A DNA stretch of 63,764 nt, counting the filler, from Octopus bimaculoides (Eukaryota): the NCBI RefSeq assembly GCF_001194135.2. It is 6 parts of 5 records of this genome, joined end to end, with 100 filler letters (N's around TTAATTAATTAA, not from the genome) between each part and the next. Parts side by side here need not be neighbours in the genome. Positions count along the whole stretch, not along the records: positions 1 to 14,788 come from NC_068998.1; 5 more parts are not named here. One strand, written 5' to 3'. A program made the translations under genes and the position numbers. A model generated the notes under the pieces. The model had not been told where the DNA came from. It saw nothing but the letters and a program-made list of their open reading frames with translations, and did not search any database. Each line of letters starts with the position of its first letter. Position 1 is the stretch's first letter. Below, piece after piece: positions 1-12,290 of the stretch.

Positions 1-114
1 GGCATGGCTATGTGGTTAAGAAGCTTGCTTCCCATCCATGTGGTCATCTTCTATTACAGCCCAGAGCTGAACAAAGCCTTGTCAGTGTATTTAGTAAATA
101 ATTGAAAAAAGCCC

Positions 115-158
<44 letters not shown>

Positions 159-385
159 GCCTTGTCTAGACATTGCATGATAGCTATAAATGGATATCAC
201 TTGCACATGAGCAATGTTGTTCTTCATCACTCTTCCTTGAAAAACATGTCTGATTATTAAAGAATATAACTTGACTTGGGGACAGGTGAAAGTTGGCAAC
301 AGGAAGAGCATCCAGCTGTAGAAAATTTTCAACAAACCTGAGTCATGCAAGTGCAGAAAATAAGACATTAAATGATGATGACAAT
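1..385 (+). mobile_element. Decayed SINE, family B head (ggcatggctatgtggttaagaagcttgc...), central (TG)n and an alternative 3' tail ending in (GAT)n
   Basis: The head aligns by eye with the better-preserved copies at 7601 and 63545. It is followed by (TG)n and a ~230-bp tail that differs from the tail of the 7601 copy. Many CpG->TpG/CpA changes. Confidence 0.7.
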
Positions 386-2299
386 GACAATGACAACAGT
401 GACACACCTTTACGACACCTGAACAACTGTACACCTGAGGATCTCTGTGTAATGTTAAAAGGGAATCATTGACTTCAAATGTTTTCACCATGTTTCTCGT
501 TTTTGTGTGTTTGTTCAGGCAACAAAAAAATGTATATAAAATCTTTACACATATATCATGAAATTTCAATGTATTTCTATGGATATGTTTTTGTATATGT
601 GTGCATGTGTGTGTATGCAGATACACACATGAATGTGAGTAAGTATGTATTAGCTTATATACATGTATGTGTGTGTGTGTATATATATATATATTATATG
701 CATATGTATGTATATATATATATATACATATATATATATTTATAATAATATAAATAATATATATATATATGCATATATACATACATATATATGTATATAC
801 ATATGCATATATGGGTACAGGATGTCAAAACACGTGAACAACATGAAAAACGAGAACATGAAATGCAAAAACATGGAAAACGAACTTTTTTTTTGCGAAC
901 AACGAAAGAAACAAATAAAACAGCGAGATAGGCAACGTAAAGAACAATCCCTTCATCAGTTGTCCACACTTTTATCTACTCCGCATTTTAAGTATGTTTA
1001 TGTATGCACATTTGTATTTTGCATGTATGTTTGTCTATGTGTGTGCATGGCTTTTGTGTATTTGCGAGTATATTCTCTTCTAAAATACTTTATTATTTGA
1101 AATAAAAGTCTCATTATACTGCTAACACATGTATGTATATTTGTGCGTATTTGTGGGTGTATATTCTTTTAAAACATTATTATTATTTAAAATAAAATCT
1201 TATTATATTGATAAGACAAGAAGAAGAAAAAAAAGCATTATTTCTTCTCTATTACTCTTGGCTTTTCCAATCTCTAGCTTTCAGTGAAATAAATTCATTT
1301 TCATACATCTTTCATTAAAACCTATAAAGTTGAAAAATGTATAATTTATTACATATTATCTTTGTTTATATGTTTCTTTGATTTCAGGGCTTTCTTGTTT
1401 TTGTTTTTTTGTTTGGTTTTGTTTGGTTTTGTTTTGCTTTGCTTTTTATTCTGCTGTTTTTGTTTTTGTTTTTAAATTCATTTATCACGAAAATTTGTTT
1501 TAATTTTCTGAATTCTTTATTCTTTTTCAGAAATAACATTATTTAGTTATACAATAGACAACAAAGTGGTATGACACATAGAACAGAGGAATTGATGAAG
1601 AGGAAATATTCTTTCACAAAAAAATATGTATAGCTGAAGAAATATACACACGCACATATACAGAAGCATAGACATACATACATACATACATATACACACA
1701 TACATACATACATACATATGTACATGCATGCATAAACACACAAACATTGCATGTGTATAGTATTTTCATATAATCCACCAACCTCTAGTATTGAGTTCTA
1801 TGTCAGATGATATATGCACCATGTATAATAATACTAGTATATGCTTCATAAGTCTTCCAGTGTGACATTTATTTATTTATTTAGATAGACAGATAGAAAG
1901 AAAGAAAGAAATATAGCTAGAGATAAACAGATAGATAGATAGATAGATTTGTGTGAGTGTATACTACATACATACATGCATGCATGCATACATACATACA
2001 TACATATATAAATAATACAAAATGGGACAAGAACACAAAATATCCAGACAGTTAGGTGATACAAGAAAGGGACAACAAAACATCCAGATAGACAATACAA
2101 AGAAAATAAGGATGGGTCATTCGGAGTTTTCTTTCCTTAGTCGAGATCCAGATTATCTTTGCAATTTCGGCTGGTTATACTTGATATTGCTCCAATTTGG
2201 CCAGCATATATACAAATATATAGAGGCAATTATGCAGATAAACAAATTAGATGCATTAAATGTATTAAATATAATAGTTTGGGTATGAAACACAAAATA

Positions 2300-2403
<104 letters not shown>

Positions 2404-3399
2404 TGCAAAACGAGAGAAAGCAAAAGGTGGAGACTTTCATATGATGAATTTTTTAAGTATAAATATAGAGATATTTGTATTAATAGGCCCAACTTACACA
2501 GAGTACAAACGACAGAGAAAATTAAAGGTGTTATAAGTCCAACAGCTGTTTCTGGGCACCCAGAGGTCCATAATAATGTTGGTAGATATAGCCATCACAA
2601 TATGCAGTTGCATGGATACAACTAACACCAGATAAGACGAGCCTCCATCATCAGGGTAAGGAAGATCTTACATTTCAGCAATGAGGATGAGGATGACAAA
2701 GATGATGATGGTGGTGGTGGTGTGGTAGTTTTGGTAGTAGGATTGTGGTTTTGGGGGTAGTGGTGGGAGGTGGTTTTGGTAGTGGTGGTGGTTATGATAA
2801 TGATGATTGGCAAAAGATACAAGCATCGTTGCTCAACCTCAGGCTATATATAATGTACACAGCATTTATCCAAGGTGCTGTAAAATGGGTCTGAAACTTA
2901 AAACAATGAGTACGCATTGCAAATTTCTAAACCAGACAGACAGCCATGTTTTCATCCTTGTAACACATTTTTTGAGTATAAACACTTTCATGACAGAAAT
3001 GAGAATAAATTGGTAATGAGAATGTATATACATATAAAACTAATGATGATATAAAAAGAGAGACTGACGAAGAGGCGTGACAAAAACTGAATATTCAATA
3101 TCAGTAAAGAAAACTTAATTAATATAAATTATAGTCATCAAAAAATAAAAAGAAATAAAAAAAAAAAACTTTCAATGCTGCCTACATTTTCCTTTCTTAA
3201 TAACCTGTTGCCAATGTTAAAATTTTTTTTTTTCTTTAATAATCAGATTTAATATAAAAGTTTCCAGCTAAAAGCCTTTGTTTTTGTTTTGTTTTAACTA
3301 CCTATAAACTAACACATGCACATATAAAGACAGACATTTTCTTTCCAAATAATTGATATATAAATGGTGTCTGTGTTTGCTTCTTGAAATCAAGTTGAA

Positions 3400-4010
3400 A
3401 CAAAGACAACTTGAGCTATTGACAGTGTTCTCTTTACGGGCATTCAACCTGCCAGAAATAGCAACCAAATTTCACTGAAACCATGCTCTATCTTCTTAAC
3501 AAAAGAAGAGTAGATTGGAAAATGTAATCCTAGATATGTTAAACCTGAATACAAAACAGCATGGCTATGTTGAAACCAAAGACCAGTGCGCTAGGGACCG
3601 GCCTGGGGTTAAACAACAACAGTAGTAAATCTGGAAGTCAGTTCAAACTAATGAGCAAACCTCTATGTGGTTACATAGCATGTAAGAAATAACAACCAAA
3701 TCACCTTCAAGCAATTCTGTATTGTCTTAAAATAGGAAGGATGTATTGGATATTATAAAGCTAGATAGATCTTGGTTGAAAATAAAACAGGATGGCCAGG
3801 GAAGGAATGCCTTTGACTACAGGCCAGCATAATCAGGACTCAGATGGGGCTAAACAACATTACAAACTATAACAACAACAACAACAACAACAACAAATGA
3901 AGATTACTCAATCCAATTTGAGATTCAAAAGCCCCCTCTACATGGTAGCTCAATCTGAAAGAAATAACAGCTAACTCTCTATCAAACTCTATTCTACTCT
4001 CTTCAAATGT
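3400..4010 (+). repeat. Three adjacent diverged copies of a short retroposon 3' segment (tagaaatagcaaccaaat... core); the first two end in (AAC)n tails, the third is partial
   Basis: Cores: gccagaaatagcaaccaaatttcact (~3450), gtaagaaataacaaccaaatcacctt (~3682), ctgaaagaaataacagctaactctct (~3955). Copies 1 and 2 end in ggggttaaacaacaac / ggggctaaacaac. Confidence 0.6.
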
Positions 4011-4064
4011 GAAGGACATATTTCACAATTTAATAAAGTTAACTTCTCGAGCCAAGCCGACTCA

Positions 4065-4195
4065 TAAGGGCTGGTTTCCCAGTTTCCATGGCATATATAT
4101 ATTCCCCACCTGAACAAGACACTGATCTGTCACAGGATTACTCATTTTTACCAGTTGAGAGGATTGGAGCAACATGAAATGAAGTATTTTGCTCA
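4065..4195 (-). mobile_element. SINE family D fragment abutting or interrupting the mariner remnant
   Basis: Matches the 16490-16720 copy (ccagttgagaggattggagcaacatgaaatgaagtattttgctca). Confidence 0.65.
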
Positions 4196-4860
4196 CATTC
4201 AGCCATGACTGCTTTTGATCTTCCATGAGCAAGCGAGGCACAAATGTTGCTGCAACTCTTTTCATTCACAATTCCTCATTCAAAATTCATTAGCAGGAGC
4301 TCCAGGATACACCAATCATATCAACAAGTTTGTCAATTGTTTGGTAAAGTTCCTCCAAGATCAGTTCATGAATTTTCGTGAAATGTTTTTTTTTTGTTTT
4401 TTGTTTGGGATGTTGATGGTCGTCCTGAATGAGGTTGGTCTTTCTAAAGCGTGAAAAATCACTTGAATGTGATCTTTCCTAAAGCGTGAAAACCACTTGT
4501 AAGCTTGTATTTTGCTCATCGCAGCACTCTTTTAAGCTGTTTGAAGCACAGCAAGTGTTTCAGTCACCATTTTCCCCAACAGAAAACAGAATTTCATGGA
4601 AGCATGCTGTTCCTTCATTTCAGCCATCGCAAAAATTGACAAACAGGGGAGAAGCACAGCAAAGGAAAAAGCCACACTACATAGCAGTATGACTCCACTT
4701 GACGTCGTAATCGGAAGACTGATGCCTGGGGGTTGCATCAAGTGACTTCTAACAGTGGAAGCTTGAACTACAGCAGGCTTGCCCCATAGAGAACGTTTCC
4801 ATAAAGCAAATACGTAATTGCTTCAAAATAAGTGAATCATCGACTGACATACTTACTTCA
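4196..4860 (-). pseudogene. Decayed mariner-family transposase, 5' portion
   Basis: Minus-strand translation gives MAEMKEQHASMKFCFLLGKMVTETLAVLQTA (ATG at 4627-4625), then KIHELILEE..TIDKLVDMIGVSWSSC and MKRVAATFVPRLLMEDQKQSWL. These correspond to the mariner N-terminal HTH region and a WVPHEL-type motif. Frameshifts and stops are present. Confidence 0.85.
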
Positions 4861-4956
4861 AATGTCTTTTTCTAATTGTCTTAGAATTTCTGAAGTTTTG
4901 AACATCAGAGATTCTCTGTTACAGCATCTTCTAATATATATGTGTGTGTGTGTGTC

Positions 4957-4988
<32 letters not shown>

Positions 4989-6477
4989 GATAGATATATT
5001 GATAGATTTATAGATAGATAGATAGATAGATATACATATATTTGGCTGTTTTAATCTTGTTTAACTCTTGTCATAAACCAACTATTCATCTTCATTAGTG
5101 AATATATATCTCATAAATTTTAAAATATATAATCATATTTTTGTCTACCTTTTTGTAATGAATGTCATTTCTTTTTATTCAACAAGAAATATATTTTCCA
5201 AAATGCTAGCTTAATAACTTTGGTAAATGTTTTAAATGTTGATGTGGAGAAATGAAGGCGGTAAAATTTTTCTAATTATCCAATATGTATTGCTTGATGT
5301 CATGTTAGAATTGCTTAATAAAATTACAGAAAGTTTTTTTTATATAAACTGTTGGAATGTGTGATTATACACACAGACACATATGCACACACACACACAC
5401 GTGTCCACACATGCACATACACACACACATACTCATATACACTCACACACATACTCATTTATTCAATGATTTTAGCATGTTAAATGATATTGCATATACA
5501 TTAAGTAATATATTGACTGGATGGCCATGGCTAGAACACTTTTATGCTATCAACAAATATTGTGGCTTATTGAAGCACAAATAAAATTTTAAAAGGAATA
5601 TTTTCTTACATCAGGCCTATATGTGCAAACTAAGGTGTACAGCTATATATGAGCAGAAACTAATTAAACATAATTTTACTGTTTCTGTTTAAGTTTTGCA
5701 TTTTACTTCAGAATCATTGTGATGTATTTGTAAAATAGAAAATAACCTTGAACAATATGACTTTATGGGTTCACATGTATGATATTGTTTTAGGAACTTA
5801 TGAAATATATTCTGTTTATTATATTAAAGTGTTAACAATAGATTCCTGTTGTGTAAAAAATCTGTAACGGAAAGGTGATCGTAGACTTATGTGTGCTGTA
5901 GAGAGAGAGAGGGAGATTCAAATGAACACTACTAAGATGTGCACACACACATGCTCTGTCAAACATACAAATGCTATGGATGTGCACACATACACACGTA
6001 CATACACACACTGATGACAATTAGCTGTAGAGTGTATGTCTGTATGATAGAACGGGGAATATATGTATGTGCACATGCCATTAGCATTCATGTGTGTGAA
6101 TGTGTCAATGTGTACATGCCAATAGTGTTTGCTTGGCTTTCTCTCTCTCCCTCTCTCACACACACTATTTACCTGATGATTTAATAATGCATGCATCTTA
6201 AAGTAAGTCATTGTCATGAAAATGGAACATCTATCCGTCTATTCTATTATCTATATATTAATAACCATGTTGTTAACTTCTTCGTAAAATGTGTGTGACT
6301 TTATGTCCTAGATATGAAGTATTTCTAACTATCTGTATATTAATAACTGTGTTACTGACTTTAGCCTTAGAAGTTATGTAATGGTATATCATTCTTATTC
6401 ATTTAAAAAGTACTTAATATAATATTGAATGCTTCTTAGATTATTTTATTACCAAAATGGTGTTTGGAATATTATGG

Positions 6478-6720
6478 TGTTGTTGTTGTTGGCACTCCGT
6501 CGCTTACAATGTCGAGGGTTCCAGTTGATCTGATCAGCGGAACAGCCTACTTGTGAAATTAACGTGCAAGTGGCTGAGCACTCCACAGACACGTGTACCC
6601 TTAACGTAGTTCTCGGGGATGTTCAGCGTGACACAGTGTGACAAGGCTGACCTTTTGAATTACAGGCACAACAGAAACAGGAAGAAAGAGTGAGAGAAAG
6701 TTGTGGTGAAAGAGTACAGG
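6478..6720 (-). mobile_element. SINE family A, 5'-truncated copy
   Basis: Reverse complement of the 3' two-thirds of the 8401-8795 element, including the (CAA)n tail. It is fused to a family B tail at 6720-6800. Confidence 0.85.
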
Positions 6721-6889
6721 GGTCGATTTGCTCAACTAACGGTAGTGCTCCAGCATGGCCACAGTCAAATGACAAACAAGTAAAAGAGTAAAAGAGTATG
6801 CATTACCCATTGGGTGTGATTTCATTCATTCTGTCAGTTAAACTGCATTGTAGCAAAACATGGACTTTACATGTAAAGGATGTTCAAAG

Positions 6890-7255
6890 GATGGAGGTGG
6901 CCCCTATTTCACTGGAGGTGTAATGTAAAGTAGTGTAAATGAATGATGAAGCAGAGCTGAGGTGAGTAAAAACTGGATACAAGGAAAACCAGATGTAGTG
7001 TGTAAGAGAGAAAACCGAGCTGCTATGAACATGTGGTGTGTATGAAGGATGGTAATTGTATAAAGATGTGCCAATCAATCCAAGTGGAAGGAAGTTGCAG
7101 AAGAGAAAGTAAAGGTAGGGGTAAGGTGGTGAAAGCTGCTCTCAGAAATCTGTACCTCATGAATGAGATGACGAGGAATCATGGTAAGTGGTGAGATGCT
7201 TTCCTGTCCTGTCAAATATCCGTCAAACCCAACATAAAATGATGATGATGATGAT
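6890..7255 (+). mobile_element. RTE-clade LINE 3' fragment, decayed
   Basis: Translation RCSV*ERKPSCYEHVVCMKDGNCIKMCQSIQVEGSCRR resembles the RTE C-terminus (RRLRWYGHV.RM....VK.C..L.VEG..GRGRP). It ends in a (GAT)n tail. Confidence 0.7.
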
Positions 7256-7600
7256 TTGCTATACTATGATAAAGTAGACTGCACAGATTTTGGCAAAATG
7301 ACAGTTATTGGAGAAATCTATATTTATGATTGATTGATTTTTCTTTAAGAAACCACTTGACCATGAAGTAAAAGGAGAAATTTCAGCAATGTTGCTCACT
7401 AAATGAACAAAATTACATTTCTTGCCCAGGGGCTACTTCGCAAGGCTTGAACTCTTGAGAATATCATCAGTAAGCCATCACTCCTGAATGCTTTCTAATC
7501 ATTAGAGGTTATAATCAATTTCCTACATATGCCTGTCAGCTAACATTAAGTAGAAGTAGCTTTTCTTAATAGTAGCTACCATATCAACTCTTTGAGGCCA

Positions 7601-8048
7601 GGTGCAGGATTGGCTGTGTGGTAAGTACCTTGCTTACCAACCACATGGTTCTGGGTTCAGTCCCACTGCGTGGCACCTTGGGCAAGTGTCTTCTACTATA
7701 ACCTCGGGCCGACCAAAGCCTTGTGAGTGGATTTGGTAGACGGAAACTGAAAGAAGCCCGTCGTATATATGTATGTATATATGTATATATGTGTGTGCAT
7801 TTGTGTGTCTATGTTTATCCCCCCACCATCGCTTGACAACCGATGCTGGTGTGTTTACGTCCCCATAACTTAGCAGTTCGACAAAAAGAGACCGATAGAA
7901 TAAGTACTAGGCTTACAAAGAATAAGNNNNNNNNNNATAGAATAAGTACTAGGCTTACAAAGAATAAGTCCTGGGGTCGATTTTCTCGACTAAAGGCGGT
8001 GCTCCAGCATGGCCGCAGTCAAAAATGACTGAAACAAGTAAAAGAGTA
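7601..8048 (+). mobile_element. SINE family B, full-length (tRNA-like head, internal microsatellite, tail ...gcggtgctccagcatggccgcagtc...aaagag)
   Basis: A-box-like tggctgtgtgg, B-box-like gggttcagtccc, and internal TA/TG repeat at ~7763-7810. Many partial copies elsewhere in the window (8930-9158, 23755-23950, 24250-24413, 27545-27674, 41860-42070, 61545-61740, 63545-63764). Confidence 0.9.
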
Positions 8049-8400
8049 TATCGGCATAGGAAAGTGGAACAGTAAACCTGCCTCGTGTTCTTATAAAGGT
8101 TAAAACACATTTTCCTCCTCCGCACATTTTACTGTTAAATGTACATCTCACATGGCCTTTCCATTTGATGCAAGAAACACTTCATTTTGTATGTGTCATA
8201 GATGTCATACAGCAATGAAAAATAGTTCTCAACCATTTGTCAGTTGTCAAATGTCAAGACACTGCATCTTTCAAAACTGCCATGCTTCCTGAAATTCATC
8301 AATACTATTTCTGAGGTACCTATGCACACTTTCCTCGTTATGGCATTTTACTGCTTATCTGGAGGGCTTTTCTGTGCTTTATTCTGTCTATTATTGATGT

Positions 8401-8795
8401 GTGGAGGTGCAATGGCCCAGTGGTTAGAGCAGCGGACTCGCGGTCATAGGATCGCGGTTTCGATTCCCAGACCGGGCGTTGTGAGTGTTTATTGAGCGAA
8501 AACACCTAAAGCTCCACGAGGCTCCGGCAGGGGATGGTGGCGAACCCTGCTGTACTCTTTCACCACAACTTTCTCTCACTCTTTCTTCCTGTTTCTGTAG
8601 TACCTGTAATTCAAAGGGTCAGCCTTGTCACACTCTGTGACACACTGAATATCCCCTGAGAACTACGTTGAGAGGTACACGTGTCTGTGGAGTGCTCAGC
8701 CACTTGCACGTTAATTTCACGAGCAGGCTGTTCCGTTGATCGGATCAACTGGAACCCTCGACGTCGTAAGCGACAGAGTGCCAACAACAACAACA
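8401..8795 (+). mobile_element. SINE family A (tRNA-Arg-like head, OR-type), full-length, young, with 11-bp TSD
   Basis: A box tggcccagtgg, B box ggtttcgattcc, (CAA)n tail. TSD attattgatgt at 8390-8400 and 8796-8806. CpGs are retained. Confidence 0.95.
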
Positions 8796-8929
8796 ATTAT
8801 TGATGTACTTTTAGTTTTCACTTCTCTTTTTTCTTTTACTAGAAGTCTAGCCTGAATAGTTGCCCTAGTGCAGAAGCAGCTAAATCCAAGGACAAGATGT
8901 TTGTGTTAAATGAGGTGATAGATGACTAT

Positions 8930-9158
8930 TACCCATACTCTTTTACTTGTTTCAGTCATTTGACTGTGGCCATGCTGGAGCACCGCCTTTAGTCGACCCC
9001 AGGATGTATTCTTTGTAAGCCTAGTACTTATTCTATCAGTCTCTTTTGCCGAACCGCTAAGTTACGGGGACATAAACACACCACCATCGGTTGTCAAGCG
9101 ATGTCGGGGGGACAAACACAGACATACAAACATATACACACACATACGTATATATATA
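8930..9158 (-). mobile_element. SINE family B 3' half, running into a gap at its internal microsatellite
   Basis: Reverse complement of 7810-8048. Confidence 0.85.
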
Positions 9159-12039
9159 NNNNNNNNNNNNNNNNNNNNNNNNNNNNNNNNNNNNNNNNNN
9201 NNNNNNNNNNNNNNNNNNNNNNNNNNNNNNNNNNNNNNNNNNNNNNNNNNNNNNNNNNNNNNNNNNNNNNNNNNNNNNNNNNNNNNNNNNNNNNNNNNNN
9301 NNNNNNNNNNNNNNNNNNNNNNNNNNNNNNNNNNNNNNNNNNNNNNNNNNNNNNNNNNNNNNNNNNNNNNNNNNNNNNNNNNNNNNNNNNNNNNNNNNNN
9401 NNNNNNNNNNNNNNNNNNNNNNNNNNNNNNNNNNNNNNNNNNNNNNNNNNNNNNNNNNNNNNNNNNNNNNNNNNNNNNNNNNNNNNNNNNNNNNNNNNNN
9501 NNNNNNNNNNNNNNNNNNNNNNNNNNNNNNNNNNNNNNNNNNNNNNNNNNNNNNNNNNNNNNNNNNNNNNNNNNNNNNNNNNNNNNNNNNNNNNNNNNNN
9601 NNNNNNNNNNNNNNNNNNNNNNNNNNNNNNNNNNNNNNNNNNNNNNNNNNNNNNNNNNNNNNNNNNNNNNNNNNNNNNNNNNNNNNNNNNNNNNNNNNNN
9701 NNNNNNNNNNNNNTCAAACATGTATACATACATACACATACATATTGAAAAATAAGAAAAAGAAAATGCTTTGAGAAATTTTATCATATCTAAAAGAGAG
9801 AAACTATTTACATTTTTATCAAAATATGCTACTGTCTTCAGCTACTTAAAAAGACAATTTAGTCATATTAAACTACAAAAAGAAAATAAATTGAAATAAA
9901 TTTAATCATTCACTTGTAACATCAGTTCTGGAAGTTTGCATGCTTTTCTTACAGAAATTACATGGTAGACTATTGCTTCAACACAATTAGAAGGAAATGT
10001 GATTTTTTTTTTAAAGAAAAACCTGTGAAATTCCAGAACTGATATCACGATAAAATAAGAGGTCCAAAGAGCAGCTGAGATTAATTTCTTTTGAAGGGGG
10101 ATCACACCAACTATTTGACAGTGAAAAAGTTCACTGTACTTGTCATGGAAACCACCAAGGGATTTTTGTTCATTTGATGATACTAGAAGGTAAGAACAAT
10201 GATGATAGAATTAAACAAAATTTAAATGGATCTCACAACGATGTTTTAAACTGAAATGCAATTTCATGTCTACTGATAGCTTTTAGTAGCTACATTATGT
10301 TTCAGTGTACCTGGTGGAACATCTCCCAGGCAGTGCTTTCTCATGCTATGATTCATGATACTTTCTATCTATTTATAGTGAATTGGCCAAATACATCAAT
10401 AATTCCAAGACAAACTGCAAATAAAGTAATTTTTCTCTATTTCTTATAGGACAGTTTTGTAATTTGTGTAAAAATACATGAGAAAAGAAAGAATCTTCAA
10501 TGTTCTCAAAGATACTTTCATGATCCAACATTTCCCTTTCAATGATTTCGTGCTTAGCTATTCTGCTTTCAACTTGTCAAAGTATTCGTAATTTAAGTTG
10601 ATCTATTGTAGTTATGAAGGTCTGTTGTATCTGCAACTTTATTATTGCTTTCTCCCCCACAAGATTGGAAAACTTGGCTTCTTGTTTCATTGAAAGTTGT
10701 TTTATTTTTCATGATGTCTGCTATCTTGGTTTTATTTCATGATAAGAAAGATTTATGAAACTTTTAAGGTGAGACAGTAAAATTGTAGGGAAGTAGTGAT
10801 GGTCTGTGTTTGAAGACAATGAGTACAAAAGTGTGTTGTTTTTTTTTTTGTTTTTTTTTTCATAGTAGAATAAATTATTTTGCCATGAGGAAAATAATAA
10901 ATGTAATTTTTCATCCAGAACATTTTGTTGGGTTTTCAATTAAATGCTTGTTTGAATGTTTAACTTACTGTAGTGAATAAATGAATGTGGAGAGTAAGAG
11001 TGAAATGTATTTAATGAGATGAAGTAATGAAGTTACCAAGTGGAACAGTTATTCATAGGGAGACAATGACAAGGTGAGTAGATACAGTATTTTCTAGCAT
11101 ATGAGTTGATGTAGTATATAGTGCAGATATGTAGTGTAAACATTTAGACCAGGCATGTGCCATGATTAATTATTCAGAGGTTTATTAGCAAAACACAGGC
11201 GTACGACTGAGTTGAAGGCAGATTTACTTCTGTCTTTATAACATGTAAAGAAAATGCTGTTGTAAGAATGTATGCAGCATGTGTACTACAGCAGTACTAT
11301 GCATAGTTTTAATACTGAGATTGAAAGGAAGGGGAGAATTATGCCTACCTAATCTACAAAAATATGAAACATTTTGCATTTTATGCATAATAAACAGAGT
11401 AATCTTCATAATCTTATTGAATTAGGTGCATATTTTGTCATAAAAGGAAAATGTTACTATTGATCTATTTCATTCAGAGTAGGCACTGCCTACTTGCCTA
11501 CCCAGGTGGCACGTCCCTGATTTAAACATTGTTGCTATCTTTCCAAATCCTGCTGCATTTTATATGGATGTTTTTGTCTTCCAAAGTCGTCTCAGAGTAT
11601 AAGTTGACTTACTTTTTTCTGGTTATATATTTTAGTCTGAAAAGTTCACTTTGTATGCTGGGAAATATGGTAATCATCATGAATGTAGGAATATTTAAAG
11701 ATCAGTAATTGAAGAGACGAAAAATGCTTTTAGACTAACAAAAGATTTTATCCAAATTATTCAAATTGTGTTAAAATTTCAGACAATACTCGACATTTCT
11801 CAAAAGCCAATGATAGCAAACCTATGACATCTCTGTCAGCATTGACACTATACAGATTTTTTAGGTGACACGTAATAGACTTTGACAGAATAAATAGATC
11901 TCCAAACAATATCATGTTATAAAAAGTTTATCTGTAAACATTTACCTAGAGAATGATTCTGAGAACATACTGGCAAAGACCAAATAACCAATAAAGACAG
12001 TCTAAAGAGAGCTAACACAAGGTCACTTCAGTGAAATCA

Positions 12040-12290
12040 TTACAGAATAAATTAAAACTAGCACATACTTCATTTATCATAACAAAGCCATTCTAAAACA
12101 GCTTCCAAATGGACACCACTTGAGAGAAAAAAGTAGAGTGGAAGGCCGAAAATTAGATGGTGCAAAACATTCATGAGAGAAGCATATATATCACATGAGC
12201 AAATGCTAAGAGAACTGCAGCTAACAGGAACTCGTAGTGTCAACTTACTGTCCAATGTGCTCAAAAGCACAGGAACAACTGTAACCAATA
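12040..12290 (+). mobile_element. RTE-clade LINE 3' terminal fragment
   Basis: Translation KTASKWTPLERKK*SGRPKIRWCKTFMREA matches the RTE C-terminal W.P..KR..GRP..RW motif. Confidence 0.7.

Noticed and set aside
7895-7968. 32-bp duplication on either side of a short N run inside a SINE
   Set aside because: Typical negative-gap assembly artefact.
8401-8480. tRNA-like sequences (also ~7605, 16926, 20970, 24606 and others)
   Set aside because: They have A/B boxes but no complete cloverleaf, and they continue into SINE bodies, so they are SINE heads rather than tRNA genes.
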